DNA of 62,580 nt, the filler included, from Bipalium vagum (lineage: Eukaryota): assembly GCA_037834085.1 (NCBI GenBank). It is 3 parts of 3 records of this genome, joined end to end, with 100 filler letters (N's around TTAATTAATTAA, not from the genome) between each part and the next. Parts side by side here need not be neighbours in the genome. Positions count along the whole stretch, not along the records: positions 1 to 20,643 come from JBBMKC010248510.1; positions 20,744 to 46,862 come from JBBMKC010163465.1; 1 more part is not named here. The stretch is one strand, 5' to 3'. Under the pieces are notes generated by a model, which was not told the DNA's origin, searched no databases, and worked only from the letters and a program-made list of their open reading frames with translations. This document shows positions 14,052 through 27,200 of the stretch, one piece after another. The position numbers were made by a program, and so were the translations under genes. Each line of letters begins with the position of its first letter. Positions within the stretch are counted from its first letter, which is position 1.

Positions 14052-14769
14052 GTCATTACTTAATTAATCGTTAATTTTATCAAATATTGAATTTGGAGTA
14101 TTTAAGTGAATTATTATTTTTATATAAAAACTTTAAAATATTTTTATCAGTAAAAAACATAATTATTTATATTTATTAAAAAAAAGGACGATGATATTAA
14201 AAAGAGAATAATATTTTGTGTAAAGTTTTGTGAAAAAGGAAATTATAAATGGGAAAACGAAAAAAATATTACAGAAATATGAAAATACAAGAACAACGAA
14301 TAAATCAGATGATTAGAAAGAAATGAAGATTTTAGGAACTGTTTTAATAAGTTAAATAAATAAATAATAAGTGGAATCCATTTTATCAGATCATAGACAA
14401 AGAAACACTGTAGAATCCCTTCATATACTTATTGAACAATTCAGAAGATAAAGTACAGGACCATGAACTTATTATTTGATAGGTATATTTATGATGCATT
14501 CATAATATTCAAATAATTAAAATGCGTTCGAATATGAGGCTGTAAGACAAGAGTGATCTTTCACAAACACAGACTTTACCATAAATCGGATATGGTATTG
14601 CAGTGGCAAGAAATTCTTTATAGAGAAATATGATCGGAAAATCCAATATTTTAATCTAAAAATGAAATGATTGAAACTCAACTTAAAATAAAATTTTTTA
14701 ACTTCAAATTCTTTCTTTTTGTTTTTTTTCTGCAAAATCATATAAAACTAAAAAAAGTAAATAGACCAA

Positions 14770-14920
14770 TTATTTTTTTGACTTTCTCATCAAATATTTA
14801 TTCTCCATATCTTTATTCTCTACCAGCAGTGATATCTCGACCCCTCTTAAAATAGAATTGGAGAGCGCATTAAATAATCTATGATTTCCTCAAAATTCAC
14901 TAACGGAAGCAAATTATAGT
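14770..14920 (-). mobile_element. Possible mariner N-terminal fragment
   Basis: CALQFYFKRGRD...YGE-like remnant. Confidence 0.35.
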
Positions 14921-16029
14921 TTTTCTATTTTCTCTTTCTTTTAAATTTTTAGAACAAATAGAAATAATGAACTTTATTTCCGCAAGAGATAATTCACAAA
15001 TTTATTTTTCTACCTGACCAAAATATAATAAAATAATTTTATTTTTTACATTAATGAAAATAAGTTTTAATTAAAAATATTAAAATTTAATTAATTTTAA
15101 TTAATCCAAGATAAAATAACTTATTCTTTTTATATTGTTTCGGTTGTACAGAAAATAGGGAGATACCTGTTTTAAAAACCTTTTTAATAATTTCGAGACT
15201 CTGAACCTTGAGATAGGATATCTTATCATAATTATTAAATCCTTCGCTAACTATTTTTAAGAGTTGGTGTCGTCTTTTCACGAAAAGCATTAGTTATATT
15301 CAATTGATCAATGGAAACTCAAGGATGCAGTGTCTCATTCAGTTTTTTAAAATTGGAACTTATCCTATAATTTCACTTTCGTTAAAGAAGCTGAAATGGT
15401 TAGAACCCAATCTTGACCACAGAACCAATATCATCTTTTTTGTGAACTTCAACATGATTTAATAATGGATAAGATCGTTGTTTTTAATAGTCTGTCTTAA
15501 ATCTTTCAATAAATTTTTAAATTCGTCACTTTCGTCTTTTCATTGAGCATAAAATAGATAAACCAGCGAAATATCACACGAACCTTAGAAATCTGCAATT
15601 TTTTCGAAATTTTATTCGGGGAATTATCCATGTACATACTACTCACATATTTAATCAATATATCAAACCATAAATTATAATCTATAAAAAATCATTTAAA
15701 ACATTATTAATTTATTTTATAAAAAGTAAAAAATCAGGTATTATTTTCAAATAACATAAATTTCATAATAGTTTTATAAATCATCTAATGCATTATCATC
15801 ATTATCATTTAATATTTCTTTCATTAAACATTTCAGTTCTAATGATAATTTTAATAAATGTTTTGTCATAAACAACTTGTGCAATACGTTTTGTGATATT
15901 TCTTCATCTGCTTGTAAATGAAATGAATTTTGTTTTGATTCGTGTTCATTATTTCTCTCAACCAATAAAAATTCAGATTGAAGGCCAAGTATCAAATTTT
16001 GTTTAAATAGAATGAGACACTTATTATTA

Positions 16030-16300
16030 TTGTATTAAGTCGCAAGAATGGAGTTCTCAATACTTCCTAGAAACCAATCCATCAAAAGAAATTGTCTAAA
16101 ACGCCTGTAAGTTTTATAACAGATCGATGAGTTTCCATCTAACGCATTTAGAAAATTGTTAATATTTCTAGTACAACTGTACACTACTTTTTAAGAGACA
16201 ACTTGGAAAATGTGAAAAGTTGTCTCTCAGTCACAGTTAGATGATCAAAAGAAGCCAGAGTGGTACTTTATGTTAACATGAAATGAATGGGTTACTTAGA
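16030..16300 (+). mobile_element. Decayed mariner second-HTH fragment
   Basis: ITDR.VSI.RI..IVNISSTTVHYFLRDNL resembles DRRVxVxEIA..GIS.GTVH.IL.E.L. Confidence 0.45.
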
Positions 16301-17014
16301 TATAAAAATTGTTGAAAGTATTATATTATTTTATTATTATTATTATAAATTTTCAGTATTTATTGATGAGCATTTTTTTTTCTTTAATTAAATTGAATGA
16401 CTTAATATTTTGTTTAAATTTACCAAAAAGAAAATTATATATTTTAAAAAATGATAAATTGCAGCCTGAAGATTCGATTACCATTATTAGAATCACCAGT
16501 AATTAAATTATTATTAATTATTAATCAAAACTAATTAGTAAGTTAATTTTTTCTCTTCAGTTGTAAACCTTTTCAGTGAAAAAGCGACAATCACAGCTTG
16601 TAAAGGCCGAAGACTGTAAATAACAGGGGAAAACAATTGTTTAATAATTTTTTGGAATTAAATTTTATGAGGAATAAATTAGGATTATAAATGCCAAATG
16701 AAATGGGAAAAATCGAAATAAAATGTTTAAATGAGCCCAAAAAATTAAAAATTTTTTTGAATGGATAAAAAAGAAAAATTTTAAATAATGGTAAAAATAA
16801 AATTTGTGAATGCTCTCAAAATTAAAATTAATTTCAGTAAAAGTATTTGAAATGTGATAACACTTAGACCTGTAGCTTGGCTTAAGGCTCTGGTGGGAGT
16901 TTTTTTTAAATAGATCATAAGTCAGAAATAGCAACGCAATAAGCCTGTTTCAACTGCTTTCTAATCCATAATAATAATCCTTTAAAGTGATGGTTGGTCT
17001 TGAGGATTTTAAAA

Positions 17015-17400
17015 TAGGTTGGTCAGTTCATATCTCTTTCAATTTCTGATGAAGCAAAATTTTTCCACCAGTTTTTAAGTCATGTTTTGATAGAAAAATC
17101 GAATTAATCTTCTTATAATTCCAACTTGGTCATAATGCTTTGTTAGCGACAGTAAACGTAATCCAGATCGAACAACCTCAGATGACTGAATCTTTATTTA
17201 TAAGAAGTTAGATATACCTGCACAGTGAATGAGAAGAAAGTCACAAAAGTGCAAGTCATTGTTATTAGGATTCGTTGGTGTATAAAAACACCAGTTTACT
17301 ACTCCTTAAAAGTATTCAGGTACTAACAGTTTGATATATAACAAACAGATCATATTCGTAAGGATAAACTACTTTTTCAGAAATGCTTTTTTCAGAGACT
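17015..17400 (+). mobile_element. Highly decayed, internally deleted mariner (cecropia-like N-terminus)
   Basis: TAGGTTGGTC TIR-like start; KIELIFL*FQLGHNA and KVQVIVIRIRWCIKTPVYY remnants. Confidence 0.45.
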
Positions 17401-17713
17401 CTTGTTATTTATGTTGGTTTGTGAACCTCAAATGAAATTTTCAATTTGATAAAAGTTAATGATTTCAGAAACTGAAAGGTACGTGAATGACAAAATTTGA
17501 AAGAAAAATTCTTTCTTAACTTTTGCATTTATTTTTTGATTCCACTATAGTTTTAGATTAGGTTTTATATTGGGTTTAATTTAAAGACATAACTGTAAAA
17601 TATTTTTAAAAAATTTACATTGTTTTATTATATTGATTTATTTTTATTACTAAAGTACAATTTTTAAAGTATGTTGTGCTTACTTGCCACAAAAATATAA
17701 ATATATCATTAGA

Positions 17714-17896
17714 CAAACAGTCAAAATAAGAGAATTAACAATAACAGAACGAGAAAGAATTCCGGTTTATCATGAAGAGGGTTACTGTAAAGTTCAAATT
17801 TCTCAGAAATTGAAAAAATCTAAATGTTGCGTTCAATGGAAAATTCAGAGATTCCAAGACCAACGATATCATGAAGACAAATCACGATTCTCGTAA
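17714..17896 (+). mobile_element. Tc1 transposase N-terminal paired-like HTH fragment
   Basis: KIRELTITERERI.VYHEEGY.KVQISQKLKKSK..VQ..IQRFQD...HEDKSR is a typical Tc1 N-terminus. Confidence 0.8.
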
Positions 17897-18441
17897 CAGA
17901 TGCGAATTTATATTTGATTTATCGGATATTTTATATATTTGAATGTCAGCTGATATATGGTTTATTTAAATAACTTATCTATAGATAAATTGACATAATT
18001 GTAGAAATCAATAAATACTAAATAATAATGTTTTTGTTTTAAATAGGTTTTGTCTGGAAACTTTATTTCCAACCCAATATATTGAAAACAATAATCTTAA
18101 TTGTTGAAAATATTTCTTGTCTTTGAAAGATAATTTCCACACAGAAAACTGAAACTTCACAAATTATTTATTTCAAATGAGAAAGATTTACAATTTCTAT
18201 AATGTTTCCCTGGCCAAAAAATTTTCTTTTAATCTTTAGTATTTTTCTTTTAAAAATAATTTCATTCTTAATTCATTTCTTTGAAAGTTTTTTTTGATGT
18301 TTCTTTAAATTTTTTCTGGAATTAATAAAATAAAAATGTTAAACGATTTCAGAAAAATTAGTAAAATCAATTAAAAAATAAAATTTATTTTAATTTTGAT
18401 TGCGCTATCTGTGAAAAATTATATTGTATATAATTATTTAT

Positions 18442-18442
<1 letters not shown>

Positions 18443-18479
<37 letters not shown>

Positions 18480-18500
18480 TTTATTTTTATTATTATTATT
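18443..18500. repeat. (ATT)n microsatellite
   Basis: ATT run, imperfect at the 3' side. Confidence 0.9.
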
Positions 18501-19149
18501 AATCATTGTCATTATTAAAATTATTAAAATAACTAAAATTATTATTTGTATTATTAGTATTATTAATATTATTAATATTTAAAAATTTTTTTGTCATTAA
18601 AATTAATTATTATTAAAATTATTATTATGATTATATCTTGAATTTCTTTTAAGTTTAAACAAAACACAAATATGTTTTATAATTTTGAAAATTATATAAT
18701 CTAAGACAATTAAGATTTCTCGATGAAGAAAAAAAGATATTCCTTGCCAATTTTCCGATTAGGATTTCATTCTCCTACTCTGACTTCAATGGGATATTTA
18801 CATCCTTTTTTCGACCAAAATACATAATAAATAATTTCTGAACAATTTTTTATATCTAACAATAAATATATTATCATTACAATTATAATTATTATAATAA
18901 CAAGTCAAGATGGAGATTAACGGATTAAGGAAATCCATTGTCTAACAGTTTGCTCATATTTTTTTAAAAAGGATATCTTTCGAAAACAAAACTGTTTTTG
19001 TAATGGTAAAGTGCACATTCAAAACGAACCAAAATAAAACAAAATGTAAATTATAAATATGATTATTTTTCTATTCTATTATAATCTTCTGAGCCATTAA
19101 TACCATTAGAATTTAAAATTTTTACAACGTGCCTTAATATTAACAATGG

Positions 19150-19390
19150 TTGTGGGTCAGCTCAATATACCATCTTCATAAAAACTTCACGGGTTTTCTA
19201 CAAAAAATAATGCAACCACTTCTTCATATCTTCAACTGAATGAAGTGATTGCTAGTTCACATTATTTTCAAGCAATCAGATAAAATGGAAATCCGAAGGA
19301 GATATGTCTGTTGAGTACGATGGGTGCTGCAAGTATATGTTTGTTCACCAAAGCAGCATGTGGCTTAGCGTTGTCCTAGTTGAAGACAAA
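19150..19390 (-). mobile_element. Decayed mariner C-terminal catalytic fragment
   Basis: DNAKPH and HPSYSTDISPSDFH motifs. Confidence 0.8.
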
Positions 19391-20130
19391 AATAAAAACA
19401 GAATAAAAAAGTAGGTTACACATAAAATGCTGTTTCACTTCTTCAGTTTGATTTTTCTCATTAACTCTGAAATTACGAATATTATTCAAAAAATTGTTTT
19501 ATACAATTAAATTGTCGCCAAACAAATCCAGATATTATTTAATCGATTTGAGATTAATAATTATTTGAATAAAATTTGAATTTAGTAGTTGAAGATTATG
19601 CATAACATCATTCGCAACGTAACAGATTGGAAATTAATAATAATTCAAGGTCAATTAATTATTTCATTAATTTTCATTTTCAAAAGATCCTTAAGCCAAT
19701 GAAATTAAACTGTACAAATATTTAGCCAAATAATATTAAATATATTTAAACATTTTTAAATTTATAATTTAAATACAATCAGAATTTTTCTGATTTTGAA
19801 ATATATAAATTATAAAAAATATGGCGAATAAAATTTAAATATCAAATATTATTTTTCTTATTTCTTTTTGATGTCTTTTTATGCATTTCATGTGATAAAA
19901 ATTAAAACAGATTAAATAAATTTATATATTAGGATTATTTGTTTATATTTAATGAAATCTGAACTTTATGTATCATTATTTTTTCAATTTTACTTCTTAC
20001 CATTCGTTTTCCTATTTGATAAAAATATTTGTTTTAATTGGTCGAAAATCTCAATAAAATAATAAATTTTGTAATATTTTTTAAAATTGATTTTCGCGCT
20101 TGTCATTGTTTTTATCTTCATTTGGTATAA

Positions 20131-20504
20131 ATGCTTTCAGCAACGGTAGAACCCCAAATCATGACAACGAACATTACCATTTCTTTTGATCTGAGGGTCC
20201 CGTGGAAATTGTTTCTGATCATATTTGTATTCTCCATCATTTTCCTCTTGTCCGTCATCGGGAACGGAATAATGATCTGGATTATCTTATGTGAAAAATC
20301 AATGAGAAACTCAACCAACGTGTTTCTGGTTAACCTGTCGGCTACCAACGTACTCATGGCCATAACCCACATTGTTCCCAATATTTATTATTGTATTAAC
20401 AATCAATGGATATTTGGATCAACACTCTGCAAGTTGTCTCAGTTCATGACGGCTTTTACAGTTTCCGTTACGGTTTTGACATTCATTGGCATGGCAGCTG
20501 ATAG
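20131..20504 (+). CDS. First coding exon of a class A (rhodopsin-like) neuropeptide GPCR, tachykinin-receptor-like; TM1-TM3 only
   Basis: N-glycosylation sequon NIT; TM1 GN (VIGNGIMIWII); ICL1/TM2 MRNSTNVFLVNLS; ECL1 WIFG..LCK; TM3 ends ...MAADR at donor AG|GTAAGA (20505), a phase-2 intron inside the DRY Arg codon as in tachykinin receptor genes. Downstream exons not found; an assembly gap follows at 20644. Confidence 0.92.
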
Positions 20505-20643
20505 GTAAGATAGACCTACCCTTAGGGATTTACATTGGGAGCATGATATCGTGTACTAATTTCATCGACTTATAAAAACTTATGTACAGTATTTAATACT
20601 TGATGTTACAGGTATAATATAAAATATATATTTAAATAATATA

Positions 20644-20743
20644 NNNNNNNNNNNNNNNNNNNNNNNNNNNNNNNNNNNNNNNNNNNNTTAATTAATTAAN
20701 NNNNNNNNNNNNNNNNNNNNNNNNNNNNNNNNNNNNNNNNNNN
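20644..20743. other. Assembly gap with artificial linker (N44-TTAATTAATTAA-N44)
   Basis: Exactly 100 nt, central 12-mer giving stops in all six frames; identical copy at 46863. Confidence 0.97.
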
Positions 20744-21060
20744 TATCTTCAGAATATTGTTCGAATGTTTTCAAAAATATTTAAAAATCATTTAATATCA
20801 ACAAATCCATTCATTTCGTCGGAAGGATTTCTTAACTTGTATCCAGTTTGCTTTCTAAATTTAGATAGACAACCAGTAGAGTTTTTGAATTCTAATAACC
20901 CAAGCTCACCTGAAAATTGCTGGTTTTTGATGCAAAAACTTATCATTTAGAAGTGCACTTTTCTTTTCCATGTCATCAAACCACGTCCTTAATATTTTTT
21001 CCAATTGTGAATAATTAGCTTGACAATTCCTTTGTTTATCTGGATTGTCATTTGAAAAAA
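20744..21060 (-). mobile_element. pogo/Tigger transposase CENP-B-type HTH fragment
   Basis: ANYSQLEKILRTWFDDMEKK...FSGELGLLEFKNSTGCLSKFRKQTG resembles Y..LE..L..WF...FKAS.GWL..FK.R.G. Confidence 0.75.
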
Positions 21061-22291
21061 GATATTATAATTTTAACTTCTTTTTTATTAAATTATTATT
21101 GACTGTGCGACGCTCGACAACAGTTTTGATCTTCGTTGGAAAGTATTAGGTTGTAACATAAATTCCCGTAATTTTGTAATTATCATTTATAAACAAGAAA
21201 CACAACTTATTAACACCATTTATTTTAAGATAATGACAACCGAGTAGACGGCGACATAATCACCGTCATTGGTAACAACCTGCTTCCACCTGTCCACCAC
21301 TTTGTAAGACCTACTGTGTTCAGGGACTTTTGTAAGGTCCTCCTTATCGAATATAAGGCCCACCATTTAGTTGGACAACGAGCGGAAAAGATGGAAATCC
21401 CTAGGAGCGAGGTCAAGAAATAAAAAAATAATTATAAAAAACCGGAGAGAGCTTGATAGACACAGCAAGCAGTTTGCGTTATTAGGGAGTAGGATAACTT
21501 CAGCTTTTCGGTTGGGTCTTTTTTGTTTAATAGTATCATTCACTTTTTGGAATTGGGATATATAAAGGTTTTTATCAACCATCTGGTTCCTCGGAAGAAT
21601 TTCCCATTGCAAAATATCCTCATAATTCCACCAAGCACACCATAATCTTCTTTGGACGAAGTTTTGCTTAATGCTAGTCTTTGGCGTGCTTTGAGAACCC
21701 AGCCATTCATTCCTTTGCCTGAAATTACCATTGAGACACAATTTCTTGTCTCTCATTACTATTCTGTGGAGAAATCGATCTTTGTGATAATCTGTTGCTC
21801 GATGCCGAGCGATATGTTGAGAGGCAATCACTGACAATCTTGCTTGTGTTTTTGGTTGAGGTGGTGAAGCACAAAATTCCCAGTTTTTCGGAAAACCCAT
21901 TGATCTAAGATGCGAGATTGTCATTGCATTGGTATTCATCTTAGCTATTTCTCTGCATGTTTCACAACTATCCTTCATCAAAATCACATTTTATTTGTCC
22001 ATGTCAAATTTGGATGGTGTACCACTGCGGGGTGTGTCTTGAAGATTGAATTTTTTTTTTGGAATTTTGTGTATCATTCTTTAGCACTGCACAATTGCGC
22101 ATACATCACAGAGATATCTTGAACTACTTCGTCAAATTTTTGGCCTTTGCTAAAGTCAAATAAAATTAAATATCGGAAATGCTGTTTTTTATCCGCTTGT
22201 ATTGTAATTTCTTAAGTTTAAAAAAATAGAGTGATATTGAATATGATTAATATAGTTTTGTAGAGCAGAAAAAGAGGACTCAAAAAATATA

Positions 22292-24252
22292 CAGTCTTGC
22301 CGCACTATTAAATATCACATTTTTATATATTTACAAAGTATCAAAGTTAACAAAAGTATAAAAAAGTAAAAAGATAATGTTGTAGTCATCTTATTATTAT
22401 ATATATTTATTCCAAAAAAATAATTCTATCTAAGAAATAAGTAAATAGGCAACTTAAAAATATCAATAATTTATTGCCGCACTTTTAAGAAACTATAATA
22501 CAAAGATAAAGTCTCAAAAAATGTATACTCACTTCATTGATAGTGTGAACTAGCCTCGGTATGTAGCATTTCATATGGCAGCGCTTCAAATTTCAGTGAA
22601 CATAATCTTTTGAGATTCCTAGCTCAAGAGATGCTTGTCTCACAGATGTTTGTGGGCTTCAATTAAACAATTAAACAGTATTCTTTCTTCCTTTGTGGTA
22701 CTTTTCGATATTCTCCGTCTTCAAAGAACGGTTCTTGTTGACATTATTAGTAGTTCCATCTTTTTCGAATTTATCCTTTATTCGACTGATTGTCAGTCTT
22801 GTTGGAGGATCTATCTGAAATTCTTTCTTGAACTTTTATGTTTTCAAACTTGAAGTAATTTTTGATAATAAATTTTCGCTGCTCAAAGTTCAACCTACCT
22901 TTCATGATTCAACCTTTAAGAATAAATTTATAGATTTAAAATAGTGTAATTTCTTACCAGTTATTGTAGTATTTAAACAAACTATAAAACAAGTAATAAG
23001 GACTTATAATTACTTAACAATTTATATTTAAAGTGTGTATATATATTTTTGAGACACTCTGTATATGGACACTTAAACTGTTATCAGAATATATCACTTG
23101 AAAAATTCTGTTTACCAGTGCTTGAAGTACCCTGTTATCGATTTCGTTCCAACAACGAATTACAGAACTTTGCAGGTCCTCTAATGATATTGTTTCCCTT
23201 CAGCATAGACCCAAAAAACAAGTATTCCCCATAAATTCTAGATCGGATTCAGGTTTGGTGAATAAGGAGGCCATTGCCTTCTAATCATTGCAAAGCGGAA
23301 CGCGCAATATGGCTTCTGCAATTTTCTTGTTGAAAAATTGCAATTCCTTCACCAAAGGACTTTAAAAATTGAAAATGTTCTGTTAATTGCCTTTGATACG
23401 CGTACTGATACTTTTTGTCGGTAATTATCGCCAGAGTGGATTTCCCATGATAACTGAAATAACCCATAATCATTTTTGAGTTTTTTCGAAAAAGATATCT
23501 CATTTCGCAAATCGTGCCAATAATGAGCAAGCTACCCGGTCCATTCAAATTGAATTTTTTTCGTCACTCCAGATGACATCTTTCATTCTTCAACCAGAGA
23601 AATTTTACCTTTAGCCCAAGATAGATGACTCATTTTGTGTTGTAGCTTTAAAGGGGCTATACTAATACTTTTTTATGCCTGATGTTTTGAGATTTGTTCA
23701 ATATCAATCGTATACTTTCGACGGACATATTAAAATTATTTTGACTTATTTTTTTAATAGATATACTTTTCTTGCTAGCATTACTCACAATGAAGAGCTT
23801 CATTAGTTCAGAAATGTTTGGTTTCACCCCGCATCTCTTTCTCTCGTTTTTTGTTCTCAAATGTTACCCGGTGGTACTTTCATTTCTTCTTAGCTCTTTT
23901 GCAATCAATCTAATGGATGTCCCCGTGTTCTTGTACTCCTGGATCTATCCAGTACTAAATAAATATTCTTATAATAATTTAGTATTAAAAAAATAAAGGC
24001 ATTTGGCTTTAATATTTATTCGTATCAGATCTAAATATACAAACTTTTACATAACTGCGGCAAGAATTAATGGGAATTTAATATATGATATATTTAAACA
24101 ATTCAGTTTAATATTAAGTAAGACTTTGATTGAACTTCAGTAACTTGTTAGAAAATATTAGTAACTATACCATAATAAAAAAATTTTATTATCTAATTAA
24201 ATTAATTATTACTTAATTATTTATGGTGCGGCAAGTATTATTTGGAGGACTG
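22292..24252 (-). mobile_element. Tc3-like (Tc1, DD34E) element with IR/DR ends, inserted at a TA in the mariner 5' region
   Basis: TA|CAGTC..TTGCCGCAC and GTGCGGCAAGTATTATTTGGAGGACTG|TA termini; inner TTGCCGCA repeats at about 22474 and 24055. FNLNGPG, GYFSYHGKS, IFQQEN and WPPYSPNLNPI remnants at 23190-23950. Confidence 0.88.
22501..23061 (-). mobile_element. Internally deleted rosa/DD41D-type element nested in the Tc3-like element
   Basis: Degenerate TIRs (..GTCTCAAAAAATGTATACTCACTT vs AAGTGTGTATATATATTTTTGAGACACTCTG) flanked by TA; MKGRLNFEQRKFIIKNYFKFEN...PPTRLTISRIKDKFEKDGT N-terminus. Confidence 0.8.
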
Positions 24253-27200
24253 TACAAATAGGGATAAATAAAAATAGTAAAGCAAAAAACAAAACAGTGA
24301 AAACAAAAAAGTGAAAGCCAAACAATGAAAAGAAAACAAAATAAATAAAAGTGAATAAAATCAAGGGAGTTATGCTACAACCAAATATTTGTGCTATCAT
24401 CTTATCCGATCCACTAGCATTTTTTTGTGATTAATTATCTTTTATTTTTGATCATATGTTAATGAGCATATTTCTTATTTGATTTAGCTATAACTTTTTT
24501 CTGTCATCTACAAATATAAAGAAATAAAAATCGAACATAAAAACAAATTGCAAAGAAAGATAGAAATAATGTAAAAGTTTACAATGAATTAAATTTAAAA
24601 TCCATTATTACATTCATTTATTTTTTTAAAAAAATTTGGATAATAGGGTATATTACAGGAAATGTTATATATTATGCGTATAAATAATTTTTTAGTAATG
24701 AAAAATTAGAGATTTTGCAAACCATGGAACAGGTAAATTATAGTACATTTACTGTATATGATTTTCACTGTGTAATTTATTAATATTTAATATTAGCCAA
24801 ATTCGTAATTATATTTGATTCCAAAGTGTGTTCACTTATTATTAACTTTTCACTATAAAAATAATCAAAAAATCCATAAGTTTAAAACTTTAATTCAATC
24901 GGAATGCAATAATGACAATTATAATTTTTCAAAAATGTCTGAGATACCCTTATGGAGTACCAAAAATCTCAGTGCCTCAAAAGAAAAATAAAGAAAAGAA
25001 AATAAAAGAAAAATAAAATAATCAATTCTTACTAAAAATCAATTATCCTTTATTTAAAACAAAAAATTACTTTGAGAACTGTATCAATATTCACAAAATA
25101 TTCTTCTGCTGTTTCTCAGTTTGAGGATGTTAGAAACTTGCGAACGATTCAGTCAGGAAAAACGGATAACTTGGGCAGATGAAAAATAAGTAAAGAAATC
25201 AGATGATTTTTCTTAAACCTTTTTTCAAAAAATTAATTAATTCAGACGACCAATACTACCTAAAAAAATTAATTTTTATTTTATTATTATTATATATTAT
25301 TATTTTTAATTATTACTTTTAATGTTACAATTCAATAATTTTTAAAAAAAATTGTGTCAATTAATTTTTTAATCATTATATAATAATAACAATGATAATA
25401 ATGAAGTATTAAAAATTATAAATAATAGAAAATAATAATAAAATAATAATAATAAAAATCGAAAATTAAAACAAAAAAAGAATTAAATTTAATAAATATT
25501 TAATCAAATTTATTTCTTTTATTTTTGAATAACCATGAATTTTTATTTCCCACGAATAACCTGAAATAAACAATGAAATTTATGTGTCTACAATGTCATC
25601 ATAAAATAAACATAAGGTCTTTGAACTTTGTAAAGAAAATATTAATTTTTTTGAAAAGGATAATTTTTATATTTCTATACATAAAACACGCAGAATTAAT
25701 GGGAATCAAAAATGTCAAAATTTACGATTCTCAATATCGACTTGTCTTATCATTATTATAAAAAAATATTAATATTAATTATTCCGATTTAAATAGTTTT
25801 ATATTTTCATTCATTTTTAAAATATTTCTTTAAAATTATATATTAAGAATTCTTTATCTGTGAAAATCTATAATTATTTAAGAATTTTATGAAATATTAT
25901 CAGATGATTTTCCAAACAGTAACTGAAATTTATTATTATTTATTATTATTACTATTTATTATTTTATCATTATTATTAATCATTATTGTATATTGACATA
26001 AGATCGGATAAATTAAACTTAGGTTGCTTTTACTGATCTGTGGTGCAATTTTGAAACCAAATATCTTTTAAGCTTTTGTTTTTTTGGATTTTAAAATTTC
26101 TATTTTTAAATATCCGTAAGTTAAATTTTTTCAAAAACATTAAAGTGTAATAGAAAAGCAGTGAAAACATTTTGAAATTCAGACAGCACAATCTGTAATA
26201 TCATGTTCCAATTCTAAAATCATGAATGTAATAGTCGATACATAGGAGACAGTCACTTCAGAATACTTTCTTTGTGAATTTTCGCGATTAAATAAATTCA
26301 ATTAAGTTTTAAATCTACATAAATTCTGTTTTAAGAAAAAGAAAAGTTTATGATGAAGAATTGAGTCATATTTCGGTGTACATACCACAAAATTGTTTGT
26401 TTATTAAAATTAATGTATTTAATTAATTGTTGTATATAATATACAATATATAGTTTAGATATATTTCAATTTTATCTAATAATTAAACCAATTGAAGAGT
26501 TAATATTTAGTTAAGAAATAGTACTGATTTGGAAAAGAAATGATTCATGGTATTTTCAAATTTAATAATTGCAAAATCTGGTAAATAAACTATTAGTTGA
26601 AAGTTATTTTCAATTTGAACTGCTATTTAAAGTTTCTGTAACTGGAGGAAAAGCCATTAGTTATTTTAAGGAAGACCTACTTTGAAATAGTCTTTTCTGA
26701 ATAAGGGTTAATTTTTTACTTGATAATTCAATGAAAATCTATTTACTGTTCATTTATTTAAAGTTCATGGAATTTTATCATTACACAACAATAGAACATA
26801 ATTGTAAAAAAAAATTTTAATAATACATAATTTTCGAAAAAAATTTTGCTCCTTTGAATCTAGTTAAGTACGGATTTCTGTATTTTAATAAAATCACATG
26901 ACAACAAAATTAAGAATTTTTGAATTTGTGAAGATATGAAAATATAAGTGCAAAAAGATGCGGTTACACAATCATTTTATTTTAAGAAATCTAATAAAGT
27001 TGCCTGCCTCTTACTTTAATATTTTTATCTCTAACTCCATTTGTATTAAATGCAATTCTTTAATTCTTGTTCAATTATCTCCAGGCTGTTTCTCAAAATA
27101 TATTAGCAGTCGTTTACATAAATCGAGTAAATCCGAATAAGAACTATATTTTTTTATCATTAAGCGCAATAATTTCTCAAATCTTTTCTTTAGATTTCAA

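Larger units (their letters stand above)
21146..24385 (-). mobile_element. Mariner (mellifera-like) with both TIRs, carrying nested insertions; transposase remnant about 21225-22205
   Basis: TA|TTAGGTTGTAACATAAATTCCC at 21146 and inverted copy GGGAGTTATGCTACAACCAAA|TA ending 24385. DKKQHFRYLILF, RFLHRIVMRDKK and DLAPRDFHLFRSLSN motifs. Confidence 0.92.

Noticed and set aside
20118-20381. 87-aa minus-strand ORF
   Set aside because: Antisense shadow of the GPCR exon.
20688-20699. Palindromic TTAATTAATTAA repeated at 46907-46918
   Set aside because: Centred in exactly 44+44 Ns both times; a synthetic six-frame-stop contig linker, not biology.
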